A stretch of DNA of 24,000 bases from an uncultured Nitrososphaerales archaeon (GCA_964342765.1 CAYFFS010000002.1:39125-63124), one strand, 5' to 3'. Shown: positions 8,471 to 17,126, counted from the stretch's first letter. The notes: a model not told the origin generated them from the sequence alone. Translations and numbers: made by a program.

Positions 8471-9697
8471 GTGCTTGGGGGTCGGGCGGCCATTCCCTCG
8501 ATCGACGGCTACGCGTGCGCGGGCGTGGACTACCGCCTGGCCTCCTCCGAGGTCCTCTCGGCTCTTCAGGAGCCGGATCCCGGCTCAGCCTCCCTGAGGT
8601 TCCTGGAGGAATCCGGGGCCGACGAGGTCGTGCTCCTGCAGACCTGCAACCGCTTTGAGATCTACCTATACTCACGCGACCCGGAGGAGTCCTTGGGCAG
8701 GATCAAGCACTATTTGGTGCGCAGGGCTCGGGTGGAGCCCTACGAGCTGATGGGCCGCGAGGCGGTCGTCCACCTGTTCAGGGTGGCTTCAGGCCTCGAG
8801 TCGATGGTCGTCGGCGAGTACGAGATACTTGGACAAGTGCGCGACGCTTTCCTGAGGTCCAGCTCTGCCGGATCCGCGGGCCCCATGATGAAGGCGCTCT
8901 TCGACTGGGCGGTCAAGGCCGGACGTCGCGCGAGGGCGGAGACCGGCATCTCCCGCGGGTCGGTCAGCCTGGCCAGGTTAGCCGTCGAGGAGGTTTCGAG
9001 GAGGCTTAAACGCAGGGGCCGCGTGCTCGTCGTTGGGGCAGGGCACATGGGCTCGCTGATAGCGTCCTACCTAAGGGAGGCCGGCTTCGAGGACGTCGTG
9101 ATAGCCAATAGGACGTATGAGAGGGCCGCCTCGCTAGCCTCCAGGCTTGGTTACAGGGCGATAGGGCTGGACGACCTGGCGCGCGCGCTGGAGGAGGTAG
9201 ACGCGGTGCTGGTGGCCGTTTCATCGCCGTCCCCCCTGATAAGGCGCGGCATGTTGAGGCCCGGGAGGATCGTGCTGGACATATCGATTCCGGGGGCGGT
9301 TGAGCGCGGCCCCTGCCAGGGCAACGTCCTCACCATAGATGATCTGCTGGGCCTGGCGGACGAAAATCGCCGCAGGAGGGAGAGGGAGGCGGAGGAGGCC
9401 GGAAGGATCGTGGAGGTAGAGGCGGAGGAGTTCGAGTCGCACGTAAGGAGGATGGCCGCGGACGACGTGATAAGGTCGTTCATGGAGAGGGCGGAGTCGA
9501 TAAGGGCGAACGAGCTCGAGCGCGCCCTTAGGATAATCGGAAGAACCGAGGAGGCCGAGGTCCTCGAGGCAATGACGAAGGCCATCGTGAACAAGGTGTC
9601 AGCGCCCATAATAGAGCTCCTGAGGGACGCCGGAGCCCGCGGGGACAGGGAATTGCTGGGGCGCGCTAAGGCCCTGCTCGACGAGCTGGAGCACTAG
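8471..9697 (+). CDS. hemA: Glutamyl-tRNA reductase
   Basis: LLQTCNRFEIYLY catalytic Cys motif, VVHLFRVASGLESMVVGEYEILGQVRDAF, GRRARAETGISRGSVSLARLAVE, VLVVGAGHMGSLIASYL. Confidence 0.95.
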   Translation: MLGGRAAIPSIDGYACAGVDYRLASSEVLSALQEPDPGSASLRFLEESGADEVVLLQTCNRFEIYLYSRDPEESLGRIKHYLVRRARVEPYELMGREAVVHLFRVASGLESMVVGEYEILGQVRDAFLRSSSAGSAGPMMKALFDWAVKAGRRARAETGISRGSVSLARLAVEEVSRRLKRRGRVLVVGAGHMGSLIASYLREAGFEDVVIANRTYERAASLASRLGYRAIGLDDLARALEEVDAVLVAVSSPSPLIRRGMLRPGRIVLDISIPGAVERGPCQGNVLTIDDLLGLADENRRRREREAEEAGRIVEVEAEEFESHVRRMAADDVIRSFMERAESIRANELERALRIIGRTEEAEVLEAMTKAIVNKVSAPIIELLRDAGARGDRELLGRAKALLDELEH

Positions 9698-10326
9698 GAG
9701 CCGCTCGTCCCCCTCTTTGGGAGGGACCACCCCCTTTCAAGCGCCAGGATCCTCAGCACGAAGACGAGGGCCGTGACCGCGAGCGCCGCCTGCGCGCGCC
9801 CAACGCCGAACATCGCGAGAACGTAGTAGGCGAAACCCCCTAGGAGCCCCAAGGTGGCGTAGACCTCCTTGTGCATGACCACTGGGACGTCGTTAGCCAG
9901 CAGATCCCTCATTATCCCTCCGCCGCACCCCGTTATCATCGCGGCGAAGGAGACGCCGAGGGGGCCGAGCCCCCTGGAGAACGCCACGTCCGCCCCCAGG
10001 GCGGAGAAGGTCGCGAGTCCCAGGGCATCGGCGTACAGGAAGCCCCTTCTGCCCACGAGGCGGGCGGGCGCAAGCGCGAAGTAAAGCAGCCCGACGAGCA
10101 ACGAGAAGCCCGCGTAGTATTCGTAGCGGAAAGCGGTCGGTGGTATGATGCCGGCTATTAGATCCCTTATCACGCCTCCTCCCAACGCGGTAACCGCCCC
10201 TAGGAACATCGCCCCGAACACGTCGAACCCCTTCTGGACGCCCTTCGCGACGCCCGACATTGTGAAAGACGCTATGCCGACATAGTTCAATAGGTCCAGG
10301 ACCAGTATTATTGTAGACTGATCCAT
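9694..10326 (-). CDS. UPF0126 / TRIC-like (trimeric intracellular cation channel-like) membrane protein
   Basis: LLNYVGIASFTMSGVAKGVQKGFDVFGAMFLGAVTALGGGVIRDLIAG..., repeated as TGCGGGIMRDLLANDVPVVMHKEVYATLGLLGG: typical two-repeat GGGxxRD family. Confidence 0.88.
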   Translation of the reverse strand: MDQSTIILVLDLLNYVGIASFTMSGVAKGVQKGFDVFGAMFLGAVTALGGGVIRDLIAGIIPPTAFRYEYYAGFSLLVGLLYFALAPARLVGRRGFLYADALGLATFSALGADVAFSRGLGPLGVSFAAMITGCGGGIMRDLLANDVPVVMHKEVYATLGLLGGFAYYVLAMFGVGRAQAALAVTALVFVLRILALERGWSLPKRGTSGS

Positions 10327-10356
10327 CGTCCGTTGGCTCCTGAGTCCTACTCTCGT

Positions 10357-11226
10357 TTAAAATTGCGTCTGCCCAGCGGGTTCCCTGAGCACCTTGACCT
10401 TGCGCGCGGCCTCCTCGACCTCCAGGGGGGTGAACCAGGGCTGCTTGTCCCTCATCTTAAGAGTCGCGGCAGCCGAGGCCCTGGCCAGGGACTCCTCTAT
10501 GCTCATGCCCTCGGAGCACATGTAGTTGCACAGGGCGGCGGTGAACACGTCCCCCAGGCCTATGGGCTCCCCGTCCAAGCCCTGTATGGGATGGCCCACG
10601 TAGAGGTGGCCGCCGAGCGCCGCGTAAAATGGGTCGCCCGAGTCAGTCACGATGAGGTCGAGCCGGTAGCGCTCGGAGCACTCAGCTATTGATTCCCCGC
10701 GGCATTCAGGCGGGAACTCGTACTTCTCGCCCCTCAGTATGACGCCGCTTCCTCTCAACCTAGCCATGATTTCCCTTACCCTGTCGGCGGAGTTCACGAC
10801 CCTTCCGCCGTCCGCCAGCGCCCTCGCGAAGCCCTGGACGTCAACGATCGTCGTCCCCCTGGACGCCGCCCGCTCCACGAGCTCAAGCGAAATCTCGCCC
10901 AGGGTTCCGGAAATAACGTATGGCCCGCCGCAATCGGCCGGAAGCTCTGGCTCCAGCTCCGGGCTCTCCAAGGCCTTGAGAGTTCTATCCCGGCCGTCGA
11001 CGTCTATCGAGAAAATGGCCTCGCGCCCCTTGACGGCCCTGACCTCTATTCCTGGGAGCCTCCTCAGGCGTCCCGCCGCCTTTCCTTCGACGGTCAAAAT
11101 TACCGCCTCCGCTCCCAGGAGGTGAAGCGCAATTCCGGCGAAGAAAGCCGGCCCTCCGATCCTCTCCGATCCGAGGACGAAGTCCCTCGTCGAGGTGGCT
11201 ACAAGAGTTATGGGCCTTTTCTGCAC
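10357..11226 (-). CDS. PfkB family carbohydrate / ribokinase-like kinase
   Basis: GGPAFFAGIALHLLGAEAVILT...IVDVQGFAR...LIVTDSG...PIQGLDGEPIGLGDVFTAALC (anion hole/catalytic Asp GxGD). Confidence 0.85.
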   Translation of the reverse strand: MQKRPITLVATSTRDFVLGSERIGGPAFFAGIALHLLGAEAVILTVEGKAAGRLRRLPGIEVRAVKGREAIFSIDVDGRDRTLKALESPELEPELPADCGGPYVISGTLGEISLELVERAASRGTTIVDVQGFARALADGGRVVNSADRVREIMARLRGSGVILRGEKYEFPPECRGESIAECSERYRLDLIVTDSGDPFYAALGGHLYVGHPIQGLDGEPIGLGDVFTAALCNYMCSEGMSIEESLARASAAATLKMRDKQPWFTPLEVEEAARKVKVLREPAGQTQF

Positions 11227-11248
11227 ATCCCTTGGAGGGACGTCGCTT

Positions 11249-11257
11249 CCTTAAATC
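11249..11257 (-). promoter_or_regulatory. TATA-like element for the pfkB-family gene
   Basis: Minus-strand gatttaagg about 27 bp upstream of GTG 11226. Confidence 0.45.
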
Positions 11258-11335
11258 GTTAACAATGTCAAGCGCATACGCTACTAAAAAATTTATTTTA
11301 TTTTCATGTAAAGGGCTCACATGCATAACCTTAAT

Positions 11336-11344
11336 CTTTATATC
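11336..11344 (+). promoter_or_regulatory. TATA box of the liv operon
   Basis: ctttatatc about 29 bp upstream of ATG 11370. A second AT-rich stretch (aaaaaatttattttatttt) lies further upstream. Confidence 0.5.
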
Positions 11345-11369
11345 AGGGATAAGCAAGTAGGGCGAGGCA

Positions 11370-12260
11370 ATGGCGGCTCTCGTAGTGCCTTCTTATATAA
11401 TATCTATATCGATCTATGGCCTCCTCTTCACGAGCATCTACCTGTTGCTGGCGACGGGGCTGACGCTGATCTTCGGCACCCTTAAGCTCGTCAACTTCGC
11501 CCATGGGGATCTGATGGTGCTGGGGGCATTCATCGCCTTCCTGTTCGTGACGATGCTGGGCTGGAGCCCTTACATGGCAATAGTGCCGGCGGTGTTCGTC
11601 ATAGTCGGAATGGGCGTGCTGATCTATAGGTTCGTCCTGAGGCCCGCGGTCAAGGTGGGCCCGGTGAACCAGATACTGTTGACGATCGGCGTCTCGTACG
11701 TCTTGGAGAACGGGCTGGCGTACTACTTCCTACCGGTCTACCGCACCGGCGTGGAGATACCCTCCCCCCTAAGGGGAAGGGGAATTTTGTTGCCCGGGAA
11801 CGTCCTCCTGACCTACGACGACCTGACGATAATACTTACCTCCTGGGTTATAATGCTGGCGCTGTATTACTGGCTGTACAAGACCAACCAAGGCATCGCG
11901 ATAAGGGCCCTGAGCCAGAACCCAATCGGGGCAGATATATCGGGGATAAACGTGGGGACTTTGGGCTACGTCACGTTCATAGTGGGCAGCGCGCTTGCGG
12001 CGATAGCCGGGGCCCTCTACGGAATAGCGTTCACGTTCGATCCGTTCACCGGCATAATCCTCACGCTCGACGCGTTCGCGGTGATGATACTTGGGGGCGT
12101 CGGGAGCGTGCCCGGCACGATCGTGGGCAGCATAGTGATAGGGTTCGCCACCAGCTACGCGAGCTACTACATGGGACAGACGTGGGGTGAGGCGATAGCG
12201 TTCATAATACTGGCGATAATATTGCTCGTCAGGCCCTCAGGGATCTTCAGGGGTGGTTGA
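11370..12260 (+). CDS. livH: Branched-chain amino acid-type ABC transporter permease
   Basis: YGLLFTSIYLLLATGLTLIFGTLKLVNFAHGDLMVLGAF...GIAIRALSQNPIGADISGINVGTLGYVTFIVGSALAAIAGALYG...IILGGVGSVPGTIVGSIVIG. Confidence 0.92.
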   Translation: MAALVVPSYIISISIYGLLFTSIYLLLATGLTLIFGTLKLVNFAHGDLMVLGAFIAFLFVTMLGWSPYMAIVPAVFVIVGMGVLIYRFVLRPAVKVGPVNQILLTIGVSYVLENGLAYYFLPVYRTGVEIPSPLRGRGILLPGNVLLTYDDLTIILTSWVIMLALYYWLYKTNQGIAIRALSQNPIGADISGINVGTLGYVTFIVGSALAAIAGALYGIAFTFDPFTGIILTLDAFAVMILGGVGSVPGTIVGSIVIGFATSYASYYMGQTWGEAIAFIILAIILLVRPSGIFRGG

Positions 12261-13242
12261 GTTGAAGTGGGGCCTGGGAACGCTCGCGCTTCGCGCGATA
12301 GCGGTGGCCGCGGCGCTGGCGATCACGGCCGCGGTCTCCTCTTTCATGGGATCATATCCTACCCTCGTCGCCATAACGATAATGGTCTTCTTCGTGTACT
12401 CGATTTCCTGGTCCCTCCTGGCCAACACTGGGATGGTCTCGCTGGGCCAGGCCCTGTTCTTCGCGCTGGGCGCCTACGCGTACGGGATATTCATCACGCG
12501 TTACGGCTGGAACCCAATATTAGCGCTCTTCGTTGGTCCAGTGATGGGCGCGCTGGCGGGCCTAGTCGTCGGGGCGATATCCTCGAGGCTCAGGGACTGG
12601 TACGTCGGGATATTCACGTTCGCCCTGACGCCGGCCGGATACGCGCTTGCCGTCTCCAGCCAGCTTTCGCCGTGGACGGAGGGCGCGATAGGCCTGGCCA
12701 CGCCTCCCTTCCCCCTTCCCACCGAGTACTGGCTGCCCCTGGCCACTGCGCTGGCGTTCGCTGTGTACATGGTCGCGACGCTGATCAAGAGGAGCAGGAT
12801 GGGCTACGCCATGTCCGCCATAAACGACGACGAGGTCGCGGCGAGGACCGTCGGCATAAACTCTCTCCTCTACAAGACCCTGATCTTCGGGATAGCGGGA
12901 TACCTGGGGGCGCTCGCGGGGGCAATGTTCGTCGGGCTCTACACGAGTTACGTGGCCCCGGACTACTTCGGCTACCCTGACCTGAGCTACAGCGTGTGGC
13001 CCATCTTCTACTCCATGATAGGCGGGTTCGGGTCGCCCGAGGGCGTCCTAGTGGGAACTATACTCCTAGATCCTATAGAGACCGCCATAAGGTCCTGGCT
13101 GAGCGGCATCTCCGTCGTCGGAGGGAACCTCGCGCTGGTCATCTTCGGCCTCCTGCTGATCCTGGTGCTCCTCGAGGCGCCAAAGGGTATATATGGTTCG
13201 CTTGAGCGCCGCCTCAGCAGGAGGCCTCGCCGGAGGGCGTGA
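12253..13242 (+). CDS. livM: Branched-chain amino acid-type ABC transporter permease
   Basis: SLLANTGMVSLGQALFFALGAYAYGIF...SRMGYAMSAINDDEVAARTVGINSLLYKTLIFGIAGYLGALAGAMF...MIGGFGSPEGVLVGTILL. Overlaps the livH end. Confidence 0.92.
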   Translation: MVELKWGLGTLALRAIAVAAALAITAAVSSFMGSYPTLVAITIMVFFVYSISWSLLANTGMVSLGQALFFALGAYAYGIFITRYGWNPILALFVGPVMGALAGLVVGAISSRLRDWYVGIFTFALTPAGYALAVSSQLSPWTEGAIGLATPPFPLPTEYWLPLATALAFAVYMVATLIKRSRMGYAMSAINDDEVAARTVGINSLLYKTLIFGIAGYLGALAGAMFVGLYTSYVAPDYFGYPDLSYSVWPIFYSMIGGFGSPEGVLVGTILLDPIETAIRSWLSGISVVGGNLALVIFGLLLILVLLEAPKGIYGSLERRLSRRPRRRA

Positions 13243-13976
13243 GGATGGGGCTTCTGGACGTCTCCGGTGTTGTTAAGAGGTTCGGCGGTCTCACGGCGCT
13301 GAACGGCGTGGACATCTCGGTGCAGGGCGGCGAGCTACTGGGGATCATCGGGCCCAACGGGGCGGGTAAGACGACGCTAGTCAACGTCGTCATGGGCGTC
13401 TACTACCCGGACTCGGGGAGGATAACCTTCGATGGCCACGACATAACCAGGATGCCTCCACACAGGAGGGCCACCCTTGGCATATCTAGGACTTATCAGG
13501 TCCCCCGGCCCTTCAACGGGATGAAGGTGATAGACAACGTCGCGGTCGCCGCCATGTACGGATCGAAGAGGCTCTCTGTCAGGGAGGCCAGGGAGGTGGC
13601 GTCGGAGCTCCTTGAGAAGGTGCGCCTCTCCGAGAGGGCTGAGGATTACCCGGAGTCCCTGAGCGTCGTCGAGCTAAGGAAGCTCGAGCTGGCCAGGGCG
13701 CTCGCCCAGGGAGCTAAGCTCGTGTTCCTGGACGAGGTGAGCGCGGGGCTCGTTGGTGAGGACCTTAGGGAGGTGCTCTCCGTCGTGAGCGGGCTGCACG
13801 AGGGCGGGATGACGATCGTGATGATAGAGCACGTCATGAAGGTGATATTCAACCTGGCCGAGAGGATAGTCGTCATGATGAACGGGCAGAAGTTGGCGGA
13901 GGGGAAGCCCTCCGAGATAGCGTCGGACGCCAGGGTCGTGGAGTCCTACCTGGGAAGGAGGTGGTCCGAGATATGA
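13239..13976 (+). CDS. livG: Branched-chain amino acid-type ABC transporter ATP-binding protein
   Basis: LDVSGVVKRFGGLTALNGVDISVQGGELLGIIGPNGAGKTTLVNVVMGVYYPDSGRITFDG...RKLELARALAQGAKLVFLDEVSAGL. Confidence 0.93.
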   Translation: MRMGLLDVSGVVKRFGGLTALNGVDISVQGGELLGIIGPNGAGKTTLVNVVMGVYYPDSGRITFDGHDITRMPPHRRATLGISRTYQVPRPFNGMKVIDNVAVAAMYGSKRLSVREAREVASELLEKVRLSERAEDYPESLSVVELRKLELARALAQGAKLVFLDEVSAGLVGEDLREVLSVVSGLHEGGMTIVMIEHVMKVIFNLAERIVVMMNGQKLAEGKPSEIASDARVVESYLGRRWSEI

Positions 13977-14680
13977 GCGACACACTCTCCGTCAGCGGCC
14001 TGGTGAGCGGGTACTACAAGATAAAGGTGCTGAACGAGGTTAGCCTGCGGGTTGGGAAGGGGGAGCTCGTCGGGATCATCGGGCCCAACGGGGCGGGTAA
14101 GACGACCACCCTTCGCACAATAGCCGGTGTGGTGCGCCCATGGTCGGGGAGCGTCCTGCTCGACGGCGTGAACGTGGCCGGTCTCCCCCCTCACAGGATA
14201 GCGAGGATGGGCCTGGGCTACGTGCCGGACAGCAGGGAGCTCTTCCCGAACCTGACGCTCGAGGAGCACCTGAGGCTGGCGCACTCGAGGCTCGGGTCGA
14301 AGGAGGACTTCGGGTCCGCGGTGGATCGCGTCATGGCGCTCTTCCCGCCCCTCAAGGGGAGGATGTCACAGAGGGTCGGCACGATGAGCGGAGGGGAGCA
14401 GCAGATGGTGGCCATAGCGAGGGCGCTGATATCGAGCCCGAAGCTGCTGATGCTGGACGAGCCCTCGACCGGCGTGGCGCCGCGCATCGTGGATAACATC
14501 TACGACGCGCTCAAGTCGCTCAAGGGATCCATGAGCATACTGCTCGTGGAGCAGAACGTCCAGCTGGTCTTCGAGGTGGCGGACCGCGTTTACCTGATGG
14601 ACAGGGGCTCCATAGTGAAGGAGGGCACTCCAGAGGAGCTCGTGAAGGACGAGCTCGTGAGGAGGACTTACCTGGCGTGA
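13973..14680 (+). CDS. livF: Branched-chain amino acid-type ABC transporter ATP-binding protein
   Basis: LSVSGLVSGYYKIKVLNEVSLRVGKGELVGIIGPNGAGKTTTLRTIAG...MSGGEQQMVAIARALISSPKLLMLDEPSTGVAP. ATG 13973 overlaps the livG stop (ATGA). The track gives GTG 13961. Confidence 0.93.
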   Translation: MSDTLSVSGLVSGYYKIKVLNEVSLRVGKGELVGIIGPNGAGKTTTLRTIAGVVRPWSGSVLLDGVNVAGLPPHRIARMGLGYVPDSRELFPNLTLEEHLRLAHSRLGSKEDFGSAVDRVMALFPPLKGRMSQRVGTMSGGEQQMVAIARALISSPKLLMLDEPSTGVAPRIVDNIYDALKSLKGSMSILLVEQNVQLVFEVADRVYLMDRGSIVKEGTPEELVKDELVRRTYLA

Positions 14681-14776
14681 AAGGCGCACGTTTTGCTTCG
14701 TCATAGTTAGTTCGCATTAGCATGCGCCTGGTTAGGGCAGGGCTGTAAAGGAATATATCGACCCGCCCAGAACTTC

Positions 14777-15721
14777 ATGGGATTGCTGAGGCCCAGCAGG
14801 CTCGCCTTCGGCCCCGCGGGCGTTCCCAGGTCCTCCGCCAAGCGCACCACCGAGGCCGGCATCCTGAGGGTCTCGGAGATGGGCCTCGACGCGATGGAGA
14901 TAGAGTTCGTGCGTGGCGTGAAGATGGGGGCGGACTCCGCAGAGCGCGTCAAGGAGGCCGCGTCCTCGGCTGGGATCCTGCTCACCGTGCACGCGCCCTA
15001 CTACGTGAACTTGTTGTCGGACGACGAGGCTAAGGTCAGGGCTTCCGTGGACAGGATATTGAGCTCGGCGCGCGTCGGGCATGCGGCCGGGGCATGGTCG
15101 GTCGTCTTTCACTCGGGCTACTATGGAAAGCTCACGTCCAAGGAGGCCGTGGAGCGCGTAAGGGAGCACCTGCGCGCGATAACGAGGACGCTCAGGGACG
15201 AGGGCGTCGAGATATGGGTAAGGCCGGAGGTCATGGGGGGCCTGGCCGAGGTCGGCGACCTTGACGAGGTGCTCGACATAGTGGATGGATTGGAGGGGGC
15301 GCTGCCATGCCTGGACTTCGCGCACATGTACGCGAGGTCGCTCGGCGCCCTAAACACGCGCGAGTCGATAAGGGAGGCACTCTCGCGCGTGGAATCCCGC
15401 CTTGGGAGGATAGCTTTCGAGAACTTCCACGCGCACATATCGGGTATGGAGTACGGCCCCAAGGGGGAGAGGAGGCACCTGCCGCTCGAGGAGTCCGACT
15501 TTCGCTGGAGGGATGCGCTCGATGCGCTTAAGGAGTTCGACCCCAAGGGGGCGCTGATCTGCGAGTCACCGCTACTCGAGGACGACGCCGTCCTCCTTAG
15601 GGATCATTACCGCGGCTCACGCGCAAGGCGCAAAAAGCGATGGGATGAGCAGCGCGTAAGCCTTGGCGACGTCCAGCATCTCGCTTATGCTGTTCCTCTC
15701 GTCGGCCGCGTGGGCGTATGA
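14777..15721 (+). CDS. Endonuclease IV-like TIM-barrel protein (AP endonuclease 2 superfamily)
   Basis: VSEMGLDAMEIEFVRGVKMG...GILLTVHAPYYVNLLSDDE...VVFHSGYYGK...VRPEVMGG...CLDFAHMYAR...FENFHAHISGMEYGPKGERRHLPLEESDFRWRDALDALKEFDPKGALICESP. Confidence 0.85.
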   Translation: MGLLRPSRLAFGPAGVPRSSAKRTTEAGILRVSEMGLDAMEIEFVRGVKMGADSAERVKEAASSAGILLTVHAPYYVNLLSDDEAKVRASVDRILSSARVGHAAGAWSVVFHSGYYGKLTSKEAVERVREHLRAITRTLRDEGVEIWVRPEVMGGLAEVGDLDEVLDIVDGLEGALPCLDFAHMYARSLGALNTRESIREALSRVESRLGRIAFENFHAHISGMEYGPKGERRHLPLEESDFRWRDALDALKEFDPKGALICESPLLEDDAVLLRDHYRGSRARRKKRWDEQRVSLGDVQHLAYAVPLVGRVGV

Positions 15722-16900
15722 TGTATCCCCGGGGCCATAGGTCAGCGCCTCGATGCCGGCCATCTGGAAGTACCTTGTGTCAAGCCCGCCGGGGCAGACC
15801 GTGAGGCTGGGGCCGTTGCCCTTGACCGCCCTTATGGCTTCCGAGAGGGCAGTGGCCAGCCGCCCCCTCGGATCGACGACCGAGGGCGGGGAGCGCGAGA
15901 TGACGCGCATCTCAACCTCGTAGCCCTCCTCCCTTAGGGGGGCGGCCGCCTCCTCGAGCGCGGAGCGGAGCTCAGCCTCCGCGGACTCCAGGTCCTCCTC
16001 CGGTATGAGCCTCCTGTCTATCGTGAAGGAGTAGCGACCCGGCACGACGTTTACCTTCGCCCCTCCGTGGACCTCGCCCCCCAGGTTCACCGTGGGCCTT
16101 GCGCCGCGCGGGTCCTCGAAGGGGTACGAGCTGATGCGCCCCGATAGCCTCCTCGACAGCGCCCCCGAGAGCGCCGCGGCCAGCTTCGCCATGCCCTCGA
16201 ACGCGTTAAGCCCCAGCCAAGGCGTGGAGCCATGGGCCTGCCTCCCCCTTACCTCGACCTCCGCCCACAGGTTGCCCTTGTTCCCTATCCAGACGTTGCC
16301 CGAGCCGCTGGCCTCAGGCACTATCACGTAGTCCGGGGATACCAGGCCCGAATCCACGAGGTACTTGACGCCCGTCTCCCCTCCGGTCTCCTCGTCGGGC
16401 GTGAAGGACAGCTCGATCGACCCGAGCTCCTCCGCGCCTGCCCTGGAGGCAGCGTGCGCAGCCAGTATCGCCGTGGCCATTCCGCCCTTCATGTCGACCA
16501 CGCCTCTCCCGTAGACGATGTCCCCCTCCACCGTTAGCCTGAAGGGATCCCTGGACCAGCCGTCCCCCGGCGGGACCACGTCGTAGTGGGAGTTGAAGTG
16601 GAGGACGGGCCCCTTTGAGCCAAGGCGGGCCAGCACTATATACCTAGGATGATCGGCGTACGCCGGTATGTACTTCTCCAGGTAGCTCCTCGGCACCTCG
16701 ACCACCCTTACGTCATATCCCGAGTCCTCCATGATCTCCTGAAGGGCCTCCGCCATCTCGCCGTAGGACTCCCCAGGCGGGTTCACCGTTGGTATGGAGA
16801 CGAGCTTCCCCAGGACCTCGAGAAGCCTGTCCTTGCCCAGCACCTCTAGGTGATCTAGCAGCCTCTCCCTCAGCGCGGCCTCGTAGGCGCAGGACGGCAT
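15617..16900 (-). CDS. M20 family metallopeptidase (ArgE/DapE/ACY1-like deacylase)
   Basis: VPPGDGWSRDPFRLTVEGDIVYGRGVVDMKGGMATAILAAHAA...FTPDEETGGETGVKYLV...GRQAHGSTPWLGLNAFEGMAKL. The track starts at GTG 16909; ATG 16900 (MPSCAYEAALRERLL) fits the TATA-like gtaatac spacing. Confidence 0.9.
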   Translation of the reverse strand: MPSCAYEAALRERLLDHLEVLGKDRLLEVLGKLVSIPTVNPPGESYGEMAEALQEIMEDSGYDVRVVEVPRSYLEKYIPAYADHPRYIVLARLGSKGPVLHFNSHYDVVPPGDGWSRDPFRLTVEGDIVYGRGVVDMKGGMATAILAAHAASRAGAEELGSIELSFTPDEETGGETGVKYLVDSGLVSPDYVIVPEASGSGNVWIGNKGNLWAEVEVRGRQAHGSTPWLGLNAFEGMAKLAAALSGALSRRLSGRISSYPFEDPRGARPTVNLGGEVHGGAKVNVVPGRYSFTIDRRLIPEEDLESAEAELRSALEEAAAPLREEGYEVEMRVISRSPPSVVDPRGRLATALSEAIRAVKGNGPSLTVCPGGLDTRYFQMAGIEALTYGPGDTSYAHAADERNSISEMLDVAKAYALLIPSLFAPCA

Positions 16901-16969
16901 TCCGTCCACCCTGCCGCACCTTCTTGTATTACCTTTGCGGCCGCGGTTGCCTCAGGAAGGGACAGCGCG

Positions 16970-17075
16970 TGGCGCCGGGGGTGGGATTCGAACCCACACG
17001 GGCTTTCGCCCACAGGCTCTCCAGCCCCTCCATAGGATCTCGAGGCCTGCCCCTTAGCCGCTCGGGCACCCCGGC
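16970..17075 (-). tRNA. tRNA-Ser (class II, long variable arm), probable intron in the anticodon loop; 3' CCA encoded
   Basis: Minus strand GCCGGGG TG CCCGAGCGGCTAAGGGG CAGGC CTCGAG[intron]A GCCTG TGGGCGAAAGCCCG TGTGGGTTCGAATCCCAC CCCCGGC G CCA. Perfect acceptor (GCCGGGG/CCCCGGC), T-arm, GGGC-GAAA-GCCC variable arm, discriminator G. Confidence 0.9.
17019..17038 (-). other. Predicted 20-nt intron in tRNA-Ser at canonical position 37/38
   Basis: The anticodon stem CAGGC/GCCTG is perfect only if 20 nt (ATCCTATGGAGGGGCTGGAG) are removed, leaving a 7-nt loop CTCGAGA (anticodon CGA). Confidence 0.65.
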
Positions 17076-17110
17076 TCTTGGCGTTCTTCTCGGAACTCGC
17101 TAAAACCTTT

Positions 17111-17126
17111 TCGCCGCATGCGGCGA
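17111..17126. repeat. 16-bp perfect palindrome TCGCCGCATGCGGCGA between divergent tRNA-Ser and the ABC operon
   Basis: Direct reading: the sequence equals its own reverse complement. Confidence 0.8.

Noticed and set aside
11270-11345. AT-rich patch before livH as a small RNA or horizontally acquired fragment
   Set aside because: Short and located in a divergent promoter region; more simply explained by promoter elements.
12267-12980. 237-aa plus ORF inside livM
   Set aside because: Shifted-frame shadow ORF; the livM frame carries the conserved permease motifs.
14682-14728. Possible terminator/hairpin after livF (GGCGCA...TGCGCC)
   Set aside because: Only 6 bp of stem with a loop of about 35 nt and no convincing T-tract, so too weak to call.
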